Shown here one piece after another: positions 18,446 through 25,533 of a stretch of 37,420 bases of DNA. Numbering within the stretch: position 1 is the first letter of the stretch; each line of letters opens with the position of its first letter. The notes beneath the pieces are model-generated. The model was not told the DNA's origin. It ran no database searches and saw only the letters and a program-made list of their open reading frames with translations. The DNA comes from a virus (Duplodnaviria > Caudoviricetes), in the IMG/VR virus record IMGVR_UViG_3300020045_010452, positions 1 to 37,420 of that record; one strand, 5' to 3'. Made by a program: the position numbers and the translations under genes.

Positions 18446-18714
18446 AATAATATAGTTGTTTTAAGTGGATTATAAAGTTTCATATATACTCTTTTTGTAG
18501 ATCCGAAATCTTGGGCGTATTGCCTAACGTGGGCTTTTAAGTATTCGGCATTTTCTATCCTCCCTTTATTTCCTTTTCCCCAGTGGAATGTTTTTTGGCA
18601 GATTTTGCATCGCTCCCAGAGTTGTTGCGGATTTTCGCCGAGGCGTTCGAGATCGTGGGGTTGCCCCCAGCGACATCCGAATCTAGTGCCGTAGCGAATT
18701 GGTGAAGTTTTCAT
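18442..18714 (-). CDS. Small putative Zn-finger protein between groES and groEL
   Basis: C-x5-H...CKIC motif; ATGA overlaps with both neighbours. Confidence 0.7.
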   Translation of the reverse strand: MKTSPIRYGTRFGCRWGQPHDLERLGENPQQLWERCKICQKTFHWGKGNKGRIENAEYLKAHVRQYAQDFGSTKRVYMKLYNPLKTTILL

Positions 18715-19001
18715 TTTAAGTATGCGATAATGTCTTCATCGAGGAGTAATTTATATTCCACCTCTTTGTTGTTTTCGCGCCTTTTAATATTTTCCCCCGC
18801 GAAAGCACCGTAAATTACTTCATCGCCTTTTTTAATATCTTCGACTTCACTGCCTACGGCTTCGACTATGCCGACGGCTTTTTGCTCTCGCTCTTCCGAC
18901 TCGGGAAGAATTAGACCTTGCTCAGTTTCTCGCGATTCTTTTTCTGCGGGATTAACTAAAACCCATTTTCCTCTAGGGACTATTTTTTTTATTTTAGACA
19001 T
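18711..19001 (-). CDS. groES: Co-chaperonin GroES
   Basis: PRGKWVLV, mobile loop TEQGLILP, GIVEAVG, KKGDEVIY, EDIIA. Confidence 0.95.
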   Translation of the reverse strand: MSKIKKIVPRGKWVLVNPAEKESRETEQGLILPESEEREQKAVGIVEAVGSEVEDIKKGDEVIYGAFAGENIKRRENNKEVEYKLLLDEDIIAYLK

Positions 19002-19179
19002 TTTTGTTTTTCTCCTTTCTTAATAAGGCTCTTTGATGTGCGGCCATTTGTTGTTTTTTAGCTCTTAATTCCCTGTCGTATTTTCTCTCATTCCAAGCGT
19101 GGCTTGTGAAGGGAGATTCGTGTCTTTTGACTTCTTGTGTCGTCATCATTTTGCGAGCCATTTTTAATTTTGGATTCAT
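18994..19179 (-). CDS. Small basic hypothetical protein
   Basis: 61 aa, overlaps the groES start. Confidence 0.6.
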   Translation of the reverse strand: MNPKLKMARKMMTTQEVKRHESPFTSHAWNERKYDRELRAKKQQMAAHQRALLRKEKNKNV

Positions 19180-19192
19180 AAATATTTAATTA

Positions 19193-19435
19193 TTATAATT
19201 CTGATAATTTAGTATCGATACCTGCTTTTTTGTTTCTTGCGATTATCTCTTTTAGAGCAGAAACATCTTCGTCTTCCGGCAAATATACCTCGCCACGTTG
19301 CTGCGGGCCGGAATTTGTTAATTGTTTTTCAATGACTTTTATTCTCTGTTCAATTCCGGCGCGGAAGTAGGCGAGAATCGTGAAGTTTAGTATCGCTACT
19401 ACAATGCCGGTAATAAATCCGATAATGAATGTCAT
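19193..19435 (-). CDS. Small membrane-anchored protein
   Basis: Likely start MTFIIGFITGIVVAIL (N-terminal TM segment), 4 nt after the upstream stop. Confidence 0.65.
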   Translation of the reverse strand: MTFIIGFITGIVVAILNFTILAYFRAGIEQRIKVIEKQLTNSGPQQRGEVYLPEDEDVSALKEIIARNKKAGIDTKLSEL

Positions 19436-19439
19436 ATTT

Positions 19440-19709
19440 TTAATCTTCTGGGTTAGCCAATCCGCCTTCGACTTTTGGTCCGGGTGGAGTTGGTGCGACT
19501 TTTTTTCTTGCACTTAATAATACCGGATCTGCAACAATTGTTCCGTTTTGCGCAATTCTTGCCTGCGCTCCAAGAGCTAATTCGTATTTACCCAATATAT
19601 TACGTAATGCGGAATCGAATGCTTCAATTCTTAATTGCAAATCTGACTCTTCCGGAGGAAGATTTTCTAATTTTAAGTTTGGAAGTTGTTTTTTTTGTTC
19701 TTCTGACAT
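19440..19709 (-). CDS. Hypothetical protein
   Basis: 89 aa ORF with an A/T-rich leader. Confidence 0.65.
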   Translation of the reverse strand: MSEEQKKQLPNLKLENLPPEESDLQLRIEAFDSALRNILGKYELALGAQARIAQNGTIVADPVLLSARKKVAPTPPGPKVEGGLANPED

Positions 19710-19725
19710 AATATTTATTTTTTAA

Positions 19726-19902
19726 TTATATTATTTTTATCTTTTTCTTTTTCGACCTTTTTTCCCATCTTTTTTTCGCGCCTAATTTACCGATTTCGCT
19801 CATGTGCTTTCGGCCATTTTTTTTGAATGTCGCTCTGCCTCCGCATCTGCCAACTAAGGCATACGCATCTCTTTCAGCTTGAGTTATTTTATTGTTTTTC
19901 AT
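19726..19902 (-). CDS. 58-aa basic KGG-like peptide
   Basis: Hand translation MKNNKITQAERDAYALVGRCGGRATFKKNGRKHMSEIGKLGAKKRWEKRSKKKKIKII; contains KGG-type G(R/K)xGG/MSEIGK repeats. Confidence 0.7.
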   Translation of the reverse strand: MKNNKITQAERDAYALVGRCGGRATFKKNGRKHMSEIGKLGAKKRWEKRSKKKKIKII

Positions 19903-19913
19903 ATTTTTACTTT

Positions 19914-20068
19914 GGCTATCCCGGGTGCTACCAATTTAATTGATGGGCTTTCGTTCGGTTTTAACGGGCGCCGCGCCCTACCTATTGCCACCCACATATA
20001 CGGCTTCTCTGACATCACTCGGGGAATTACCCTGAATGGAAATTATTTCGATAGCACCCAGGCATCAC
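19914..20068 (-). ncRNA. Structured 5' leader or small RNA
   Basis: 15 bp stem CCTGGGTGCTATCGA/TTGGTAGCACCCGGG (3 G-U) with inner helices; begins at the predicted TSS. Confidence 0.55.
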
Positions 20069-20075
20069 CTGATAC

Positions 20076-20104
20076 ATTATACCAAGCCGTTGGATTTATG
20101 GCAA
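20076..20104 (-). promoter_or_regulatory. Sigma70 promoter with shared spacer box (copy 4)
   Basis: TTGCCA-TAAATCCAACGGCTTGG-TATAAT. Confidence 0.8.
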
Positions 20105-20111
20105 GTGCTAT

Positions 20112-20360
20112 CTAGTATTTGTAAGTTAACCCTTTCACAGCCCACATCTGCGCTGTTTGCGCTTCCGTGATCGCTACGCTAAACAATCGGCTTTTTTCTC
20201 CTGGTCCGGCTTTTTCTCTTTGCTCGTGACAAATATCAATTATTTTGGCGTAAAGCATTTTCACCTCATCAACCGCTGGATCATTATTCGGATTGAAATT
20301 AAAGCCAACTGATTTCTCTCCGTAAGTCAATGTTATCTCTGCTCTTTTTTCACCTTCCAT
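20112..20360 (-). CDS. Acb2/Tad1-like helical hairpin protein (candidate anti-defence sponge)
   Basis: GEKSVGFNFNP...VDEVK...RLFSVAITEAQTAQMWAVK resembles, from recall, the Acb2/Tad1 hairpin family. SD-like AAAGGGGTGG before ATG 20360. Confidence 0.55.
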   Translation of the reverse strand: MEGEKRAEITLTYGEKSVGFNFNPNNDPAVDEVKMLYAKIIDICHEQREKAGPGEKSRLFSVAITEAQTAQMWAVKGLTYKY

Positions 20361-20862
20361 TTTTACCACCCCCTTTCATTTTTTCTTCTTCCTGAAGTTG
20401 TCGCCATTCCTTGCAAGGCCAGGGGGGTACTTCTACCTGGCCTTTTGTTCTTTCGATGACTTCTTTATTTATCACATCGTAGAGCATATCTATCTCTCCG
20501 CTTTTAAATAAATCATTGGTGCTTTTTTTACCATATCGCTGTTCCATCAAAGGTTTGAAAATAAATTCTTTTACCGCCCATCCGCTCCAGGGCATTTCAA
20601 TGTCTTTTCGGAGGAAGGCGCGCATGTCGATGTGCTTTTCGTTCATCGCTTCCCCCAGCTGATCAAACCATACGTGCATCGCCTTGCGTTGCTGGTCTGA
20701 AATTAGTTCAGAGATATACCTCGCTTTTCCGATTACTTTATATCCCATAGCTTCCATGGTTTTTTCCAGTTCTTCCGCGCCCAAAGGAATAGTTTTTGGT
20801 TCTATCTCAATCGTGATTTCGTATCGCCTTTTAATAGGTTTTTTTATTTCCTTTGATGTCAT
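20350..20862 (-). CDS. NinB/Orf-like recombination accessory protein
   Basis: QQRKAMHVWF..L.E.MNE, VKEFIFKP, KKSTNDL and VPPWP motifs; start moved to MTSKEIK. Confidence 0.55.
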   Translation of the reverse strand: MTSKEIKKPIKRRYEITIEIEPKTIPLGAEELEKTMEAMGYKVIGKARYISELISDQQRKAMHVWFDQLGEAMNEKHIDMRAFLRKDIEMPWSGWAVKEFIFKPLMEQRYGKKSTNDLFKSGEIDMLYDVINKEVIERTKGQVEVPPWPCKEWRQLQEEEKMKGGGKNGR

Positions 20863-20869
20863 AGATTTA

Positions 20870-21262
20870 TTATTGTTTTTCTTCCTCGACTTCTTCTTCC
20901 TCTTCTGTCGCATCTGCCGATATTTCTTCAGCTGATGCTTCACCGTTACTTTTAGGTTCTTTTTCTTCGTCGGACTCTTGCTCAGCGACTGTTGGTTCTG
21001 GGACAGGATTATTGGCTTTTTCTGTTTCCAATTCTCTTTCTTTTTTTGCTTCTTCTGGTGTTTGATCACTCATGGTATCACCTCCTTTCATTTTATCTTT
21101 TAAGAATTCTTTAAGTTCCTTGCTTTCAAAGTCTGAATCTAGTGGATACAAATAATTAAGTACTATATCGACCCCTTCCTCTTTGGCCGTTTCGATTATC
21201 GCTTTCAGTTCAGCCCCGGTCAATACGATTTCTTTTTCCGTACTAAAATCTATTTTTGCCAT
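20870..21262 (-). CDS. Acidic hypothetical protein with a strong internal start at 21073
   Basis: In-frame AAAGGAGGTGATACC-ATG within the ORF. Confidence 0.65.
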   Translation of the reverse strand: MAKIDFSTEKEIVLTGAELKAIIETAKEEGVDIVLNYLYPLDSDFESKELKEFLKDKMKGGDTMSDQTPEEAKKERELETEKANNPVPEPTVAEQESDEEKEPKSNGEASAEEISADATEEEEEVEEEKQ

Positions 21263-21271
21263 AATTTTATT

Positions 21272-21373
21272 TTAATTTATTATATACATCCAAACTGATT
21301 CCGAAAGCAGATAGGCGATTACCTCAGATACTACTAGAATTATTACAAGTTGCGGCTCGCTGAAGTCCATCAT
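21272..21373 (-). CDS. 33-aa hydrophobic peptide
   Basis: MMDFSEPQLVIILVVSEVIAYLLSESVWMYIIN exactly fills the intergenic gap. Confidence 0.45.
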   Translation of the reverse strand: MMDFSEPQLVIILVVSEVIAYLLSESVWMYIIN

Positions 21374-21377
21374 ATTT

Positions 21378-21653
21378 TTAATCCATTCCGCAGTATGTAT
21401 GCGGTCTTAATTTGTATAGCTGCATTACATGTGTTATGTCACCCATATTGATATTTTCTTTTGTTTTATTAGCAGCTGTTTCCTCGTTCAAACCTGCTTC
21501 GCTGAATTTTTTAATATGCATTGTCGCGTTGTCGAGCCCTCTTTTGTTTTGAGTGAATCCCTTGAAGTCATTATTGTGATCAGTCAAATCGTACCAGCAA
21601 ATTTGATCATCTCTTCTTTCTACTTCGACGAGCTCGTTTTTAAATATTACCAT
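21378..21653 (-). CDS. Hypothetical protein
   Basis: First ORF after the promoter at 21693-21721. Confidence 0.7.
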   Translation of the reverse strand: MVIFKNELVEVERRDDQICWYDLTDHNNDFKGFTQNKRGLDNATMHIKKFSEAGLNEETAANKTKENINMGDITHVMQLYKLRPHTYCGMD

Positions 21654-21692
21654 TTTTTTTCTTTCTTTTTTTAATGATTATCGTATGGCTTT

Positions 21693-21721
21693 ATTATACC
21701 AAGCTGTCGGCATAGTGTCAA
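21693..21721 (-). promoter_or_regulatory. Sigma70 promoter with shared spacer box (copy 3)
   Basis: TTGACA-CTATGCCGACAGCTTGG-TATAAT, perfect consensus. Confidence 0.85.
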
Positions 21722-22047
21722 TGGGTAAAAGTGGATAACTCGAACTCGATAAATTCCTTCCCTTTTGGAACGTCTATTTTCTTAACTTGCCATTCGTAAA
21801 TGCGCCGATCATCGAATCCGTATCGCTCGCACAGGGCATCCTGAAAACTCTTGATCAGATTATCTCCGTCCGCCGCCTTTGATGATACCCCGAAGCAATA
21901 TTTAACCGATAATTTACCATTGGGGACTTTCATCAGCGGAATCATCCGGCTCAAATCAAGTTTGTATTTGTTCAGCGCCGGGGTGCAGTATTTTCTGCCC
22001 CGGTATGAGGAATTAACGCTCAGGGGCTTAATATTTAAATGCACCAT
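21718..22047 (-). CDS. rusA: RusA-family Holliday junction resolvase
   Basis: PLSVN...ADGDNLIKSFQDAL....FDDRRI motif. Confidence 0.85.
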   Translation of the reverse strand: MVHLNIKPLSVNSSYRGRKYCTPALNKYKLDLSRMIPLMKVPNGKLSVKYCFGVSSKAADGDNLIKSFQDALCERYGFDDRRIYEWQVKKIDVPKGKEFIEFELSTFTH

Positions 22048-22354
22048 ATTTTTGATTCAGACGATCGCGCTGGGCGGTCAGGTCTGTTGCTTTAGAATAT
22101 TTTTTTAATTGTTCATCTGTTGCTCGATTCAAAATTATCCAGTCGCATTTTTCTCGGTAGAGAACGATGTTATCGTGAATGTCTTTCCGGAGGGGAATGA
22201 TTGCAAATTTCTCCTGTATTCTTTTTCCAGCAAAACTCAGTCCGTGATGCCAGTCTATCTTTGCGCTAGTGGCCGGGGTTCCGGTGATGCAACATTTTTT
22301 ATAGAACGGATCTTCCGCCATTTCCTGTTTCAGTTTTGGGGGGATACAGTTCAT
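22028..22354 (-). CDS. Small HNH-like / DUF968-like protein
   Basis: CCITG...IDWHH...IIPLRKDIH; lies next to rusA. Confidence 0.5.
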   Translation of the reverse strand: MNCIPPKLKQEMAEDPFYKKCCITGTPATSAKIDWHHGLSFAGKRIQEKFAIIPLRKDIHDNIVLYREKCDWIILNRATDEQLKKYSKATDLTAQRDRLNQKYGAFKY

Positions 22355-22373
22355 TTTATTTTAATTTATTATG

Positions 22374-22494
22374 TGCTGGGAGTTGGATTCTAACCAACAT
22401 CTTTAGGCGGACTCCTTTTTGCACACTTCCGCTTCTTATGTGCAAAGGGAATTAACCTTTTTGAAATCGTGTTTTACCGTTAAACTATCCCAGC
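22374..22494 (-). ncRNA. tRNA-like RNA with an expanded anticodon region
   Basis: Perfect acceptor GCTGGGA/TCCCAGC, D arm GTTT-AACGGTA-AAAC and T arm GTTGG-TTAGAAT-CCAAC; 67 nt in place of the 17-nt anticodon arm. Confidence 0.75.
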
Positions 22495-22511
22495 TTATCC
22501 CCGAAGGGGAT

Positions 22512-22751
22512 TTATTTAAAAAGTAATCCAATATCGTCAATTTCTTGTAATGATGTTGCTATAATTACACAAGTCGCATTCCCGCCTCTAGGTTCTTTGT
22601 ATAATTCTGAAGCACCAAGGTCGCCATTATTTATACTAAAACTTTCTCTCTCACTATTATATATACCGACTTGAAAGTCTCTTATCTCTCCGTGTGTTCC
22701 TATTCCGCATAGATAATACTTTTCTAAATCTATATATTTCATAATTTTCAA
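22512..22751 (-). CDS. Hypothetical protein
   Basis: 79 aa ORF in the AT-rich accessory block. Confidence 0.55.
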   Translation of the reverse strand: MKIMKYIDLEKYYLCGIGTHGEIRDFQVGIYNSERESFSINNGDLGASELYKEPRGGNATCVIIATSLQEIDDIGLLFK

Positions 22752-22766
22752 TTTAATTTATTAGCT

Positions 22767-22961
22767 TTAAAGTTTCTTCAGATACTCATCTTTTCTTCTT
22801 TTCTTAACTTGACGCTTTGTATACATTGGAAGATTACTTGGGCAATATATATGTCTTACTTGCCAACCACTATAACCAGTTGGTTTTCTCTCAAAATGCC
22901 CTTTTCCTACACCTACTTCTTTTAAACAAACATAACATATTCCTTTGTATCTATTTCTCAT
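22767..22961 (-). CDS. Small Zn-finger-like protein
   Basis: RNRYKGICYVC...H..C motif. Confidence 0.6.
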   Translation of the reverse strand: MRNRYKGICYVCLKEVGVGKGHFERKPTGYSGWQVRHIYCPSNLPMYTKRQVKKRRKDEYLKKL

Positions 22962-23373
22962 CTGCTACCTCCAGTTTCTCAAGATACTCATCTACAAGGG
23001 CGGATTGCTCTTGAATATGTGAGTTATAAGCATTTATTTTTTCTACTTCTTTTCTCGTATAGTCTTTACCCCACATATCTTCACCCTTATCGTTATATCT
23101 TTCACAGCACCCTAAAAAATCCCTATTATGTAATTTCTCTTTACCTTTTACACTTTTCCAAAAATCCCCTATCGCAGCTCGGCGGAGAGCGAGGTCGCGG
23201 GAATGAAGATAGTTTTGTATTCCCTGAGGGTCTGGTATTTTTATCCAGTCTATCCCAACAGGCACTACATCACCCTGACCTTCGCCAATATCTACTGCTT
23301 CCATAATTTCCTGCGTCGGAAATTCTTTATCAAATTCCTTATCGAGTTCTTTTTGTTTTTCGATGTAAGTCAT
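22951..23373 (-). CDS. Hypothetical protein
   Basis: 140 aa ORF overlapping the next gene. Confidence 0.6.
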   Translation of the reverse strand: MTYIEKQKELDKEFDKEFPTQEIMEAVDIGEGQGDVVPVGIDWIKIPDPQGIQNYLHSRDLALRRAAIGDFWKSVKGKEKLHNRDFLGCCERYNDKGEDMWGKDYTRKEVEKINAYNSHIQEQSALVDEYLEKLEVADEK

Positions 23374-23403
23374 AGAGTTATGGTTATTGGTTTAATATTG
23401 TTT

Positions 23404-23844
23404 TTAATCGAACAGTGTCGGTCCGTTTGATTTTTCAGCAGCGTATGCCGGGCGCCTTTTCCATTCGTCTTGGTTAATATCTTTGATGTAATATTCTCTT
23501 TGGTTATCTTCGCCGCGCCATGCCTCGTGGCTTGGAGGGAGTATTTTTCCCTGCATTACTTTTACCGGCATATTGATCGGGACTTCGCCGTAGATGAATT
23601 CTATCCCGGTGTTGGTCGGATACCACCCGTCCGGGGATTGAAGTATCAATCCGAAGTGCTGTAAGCTTGAGAAGTTTCCGTACTGGCTATTGGTCAAGTT
23701 CAGTTTATGCGGTTCGGCAGGCTTCCTGTTTGCCTCGTAGAAGTCCACCAGGCGCCTCAGGGTGTTGATTAGGGGTTTGTTGAGTGTATATGTGTATGCG
23801 ACCTCGATATGCCCACAATGTTGGCATTTTTTGACGAATTTCAT
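23404..23844 (-). CDS. Hypothetical protein (CxxC plus possible winged helix)
   Basis: CQHCG; LQHFGLI....GWYPTNTGIEF. Confidence 0.6.
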   Translation of the reverse strand: MKFVKKCQHCGHIEVAYTYTLNKPLINTLRRLVDFYEANRKPAEPHKLNLTNSQYGNFSSLQHFGLILQSPDGWYPTNTGIEFIYGEVPINMPVKVMQGKILPPSHEAWRGEDNQREYYIKDINQDEWKRRPAYAAEKSNGPTLFD

Positions 23845-23852
23845 AGTTTTAA

Positions 23853-24269
23853 TTATAATCCCTGGTTAAATTCCTCTTCATTTTTACCTTGGGCGTAGGA
23901 TCTTCGGTTAATCAACTCTGAAAGCACCTCTTCCTTTTCCGGGATCCTATCTTCGATATATTTTTGTGTTACCGCCCACTTTCTTTTTTCTTTTCCTTTT
24001 TTTCTCGTAGATAGCCATCCATTTTGAACGTACCAAAGTACTACTCCCCGGTCACGGAGCCAGTACATTCCAAGATCAGGGAGCTTGCCGTCCTGGATCG
24101 CCTTAATTTTTCCCTGCGAACTATCGGGAATATTATCTTTTGCCGCATTCAATTCCTTTTCAAAGTTTCCGGGGTAATTTGATAATATAGCTTTTAGTTC
24201 TTCTGTAGATCTCATGTGTACTGGCGTAATAACTACTTCCCCGGCAACTTCTTCTCTTTTGAATACCAT
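23853..24269 (-). CDS. Hypothetical protein downstream of the replication initiator
   Basis: 138 aa, 4 nt after the initiator stop. Confidence 0.6.
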   Translation of the reverse strand: MVFKREEVAGEVVITPVHMRSTEELKAILSNYPGNFEKELNAAKDNIPDSSQGKIKAIQDGKLPDLGMYWLRDRGVVLWYVQNGWLSTRKKGKEKRKWAVTQKYIEDRIPEKEEVLSELINRRSYAQGKNEEEFNQGL

Positions 24270-24273
24270 AAAT

Positions 24274-24954
24274 TTATTGGATTAAATATTTATAAACTGT
24301 TTCTAGCGTCCACTTTTCAAGATATCCTTTTTCGGCCTTTAAGATTGCGGTGATGGCTTTTCCGATCTGATCATCGGTGTATGGTGCGAGGCTCTGCGCC
24401 GCCCTAAGGTTTCTTTTGATCAGCATCTCCCATTGCCCCCGAGTAGTAAATTTTAGTTTTTTCTCCTCCGCGAAGTCAGCTATTATCTTGATGTGTCTTT
24501 GATTTCCTTTTTTACACCAATCCACAAATCCTCCTAAATCCATTAGTGTATTTGGATCGACCTTTTGGGTGTCCGCGGCTCTAGCCGCAGAGTTATTTAT
24601 TGTATTATTATATACTATAGTATTATGGTCAGCTTTTTGTCCTACCCCCCCAGGACATTTTTGTCCTACCCCTAGGACATTTTTGGGGTGGGTCATATAA
24701 ATTTTTCTATTTGTTTTTTCGCTAATTGTGTAGTAAATAAATCCTTTTGTTTTTAATTCTCCTACCCACCTGCTGATTGTTTTATTTGCTACTTGGTACA
24801 GTTCTGCAAAATATGCGTTTGTTGCCCAGCAGAATCCTTCTTGATTGCAAAGTGCGGTAATCTCGCCGTATAATAATTTGGCGTTAGGAGATATATCAGA
24901 GTATCGAACATCGGCTGGAATGATAGCATAGTACGCTCTTTGAATTTTTGCCAT
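24274..24954 (-). CDS. Phage replication initiator with N-terminal HTH
   Basis: YYAIIPADVRY..AKLLYGEITALCNQEGFCWATNAYFAELY; contains internal iterons. Confidence 0.85.
   Translation of the reverse strand: MAKIQRAYYAIIPADVRYSDISPNAKLLYGEITALCNQEGFCWATNAYFAELYQVANKTISRWVGELKTKGFIYYTISEKTNRKIYMTHPKNVLGVGQKCPGGVGQKADHNTIVYNNTINNSAARAADTQKVDPNTLMDLGGFVDWCKKGNQRHIKIIADFAEEKKLKFTTRGQWEMLIKRNLRAAQSLAPYTDDQIGKAITAILKAEKGYLEKWTLETVYKYLIQ
24595..24690. repeat. Putative replication origin: iterons plus adjacent AT-rich tract
   Basis: TTTTTGTCCTACCCC..AGGACA twice in tandem plus a partial third copy (24634-24690), next to AT-rich 24595-24626. Confidence 0.7.
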
Positions 24955-24980
24955 GTATTTTATTTAGTTATTACTATTTC

Positions 24981-25009
24981 AGTATACCAAGCCGTTGGCT
25001 ATCAGTCCA
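24981..25009 (-). promoter_or_regulatory. Sigma70 promoter with shared spacer box (copy 2), for the initiator gene
   Basis: TGGACT-GATAGCCAACGGCTTGG-TATACT. Confidence 0.75.
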
Positions 25010-25048
25010 GTGGATATTAAGTGGATAACCAACGGCGGTATAATTCTG

Positions 25049-25342
25049 CTAAAATGGAACCTCATCTGATTCAATCTCCGGCGCGCCGTCCATATCATCT
25101 TGCTCTGCTCTGGCTGCCGGTTTTTTACTCGGATCATAGTCATTCACTTCCGCGTAAGGCTTGTTATTTTCTCGGCTTAACTTTATGTCAATGTTTATGT
25201 AGCCTTTGCTGTTGGCTGGAGTATCTGCGAGCCAATCTCCAAAGCTGTCTTTTGAGATTGATAAGTTTGCGATAATAAATTTTGGAGCTCTTTCATGTGG
25301 TAATTTATACCAGAGTCCTTTTACAAAGTTTTTTTCTGCCAT
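25049..25342 (-). CDS. Putative ssDNA-binding protein
   Basis: Small beta-rich protein ending in an acidic SDEVPF tail; in the recombination block. Confidence 0.6.
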   Translation of the reverse strand: MAEKNFVKGLWYKLPHERAPKFIIANLSISKDSFGDWLADTPANSKGYINIDIKLSRENNKPYAEVNDYDPSKKPAARAEQDDMDGAPEIESDEVPF

Positions 25343-25346
25343 ATAT

Positions 25347-25517
25347 TTATTTTCCTTTCTTTTTAAACGGTTTATCGAATATAATATTACTTACTTCTTG
25401 AATTTCCTGCTGTGAAAAATCTTTATTCCTGATATATTCATAAAGATATACCCAAATTCTAGTTTTCTCTTGTTCAATGGCTACCTTATTATAATGTCGC
25501 AATTCTTGTGGTGTCAT
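25347..25517 (-). CDS. 56-aa hypothetical protein
   Basis: Hand translation MTPQELRHYNKVAIEQEKTRIW...; fills the gap. Confidence 0.55.
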   Translation of the reverse strand: MTPQELRHYNKVAIEQEKTRIWVYLYEYIRNKDFSQQEIQEVSNIIFDKPFKKKGK

Positions 25518-25533
25518 AGTTTTTGTTTAATAA

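Noticed and set aside
15302-20068. Hammerhead or other known ribozymes in the structured intergenic regions
   Set aside because: No CTGANGA plus GAAA core or other recognisable ribozyme consensus was found by eye.
20863-21069. Lys-rich N-terminal extension of ORF 20350..21069
   Set aside because: It is an alternate-frame shadow of the acidic gene; ATG 20862 fits gene spacing. The extended starts at 3490, 4496, 19513, 28100, 31705 and 36462 were rejected for similar reasons.
22374-22494. Opal suppressor tRNA (TCA) with genome recoding
   Set aside because: TTTCAAA is present but not in a paired anticodon stem, and genes are intact and densely packed in code 11 with TGA used as a stop.
24634-24690. 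Short tandem repeats as a mini CRISPR array
   Set aside because: No unique spacers; they are in-gene iterons, and no cas genes are present.
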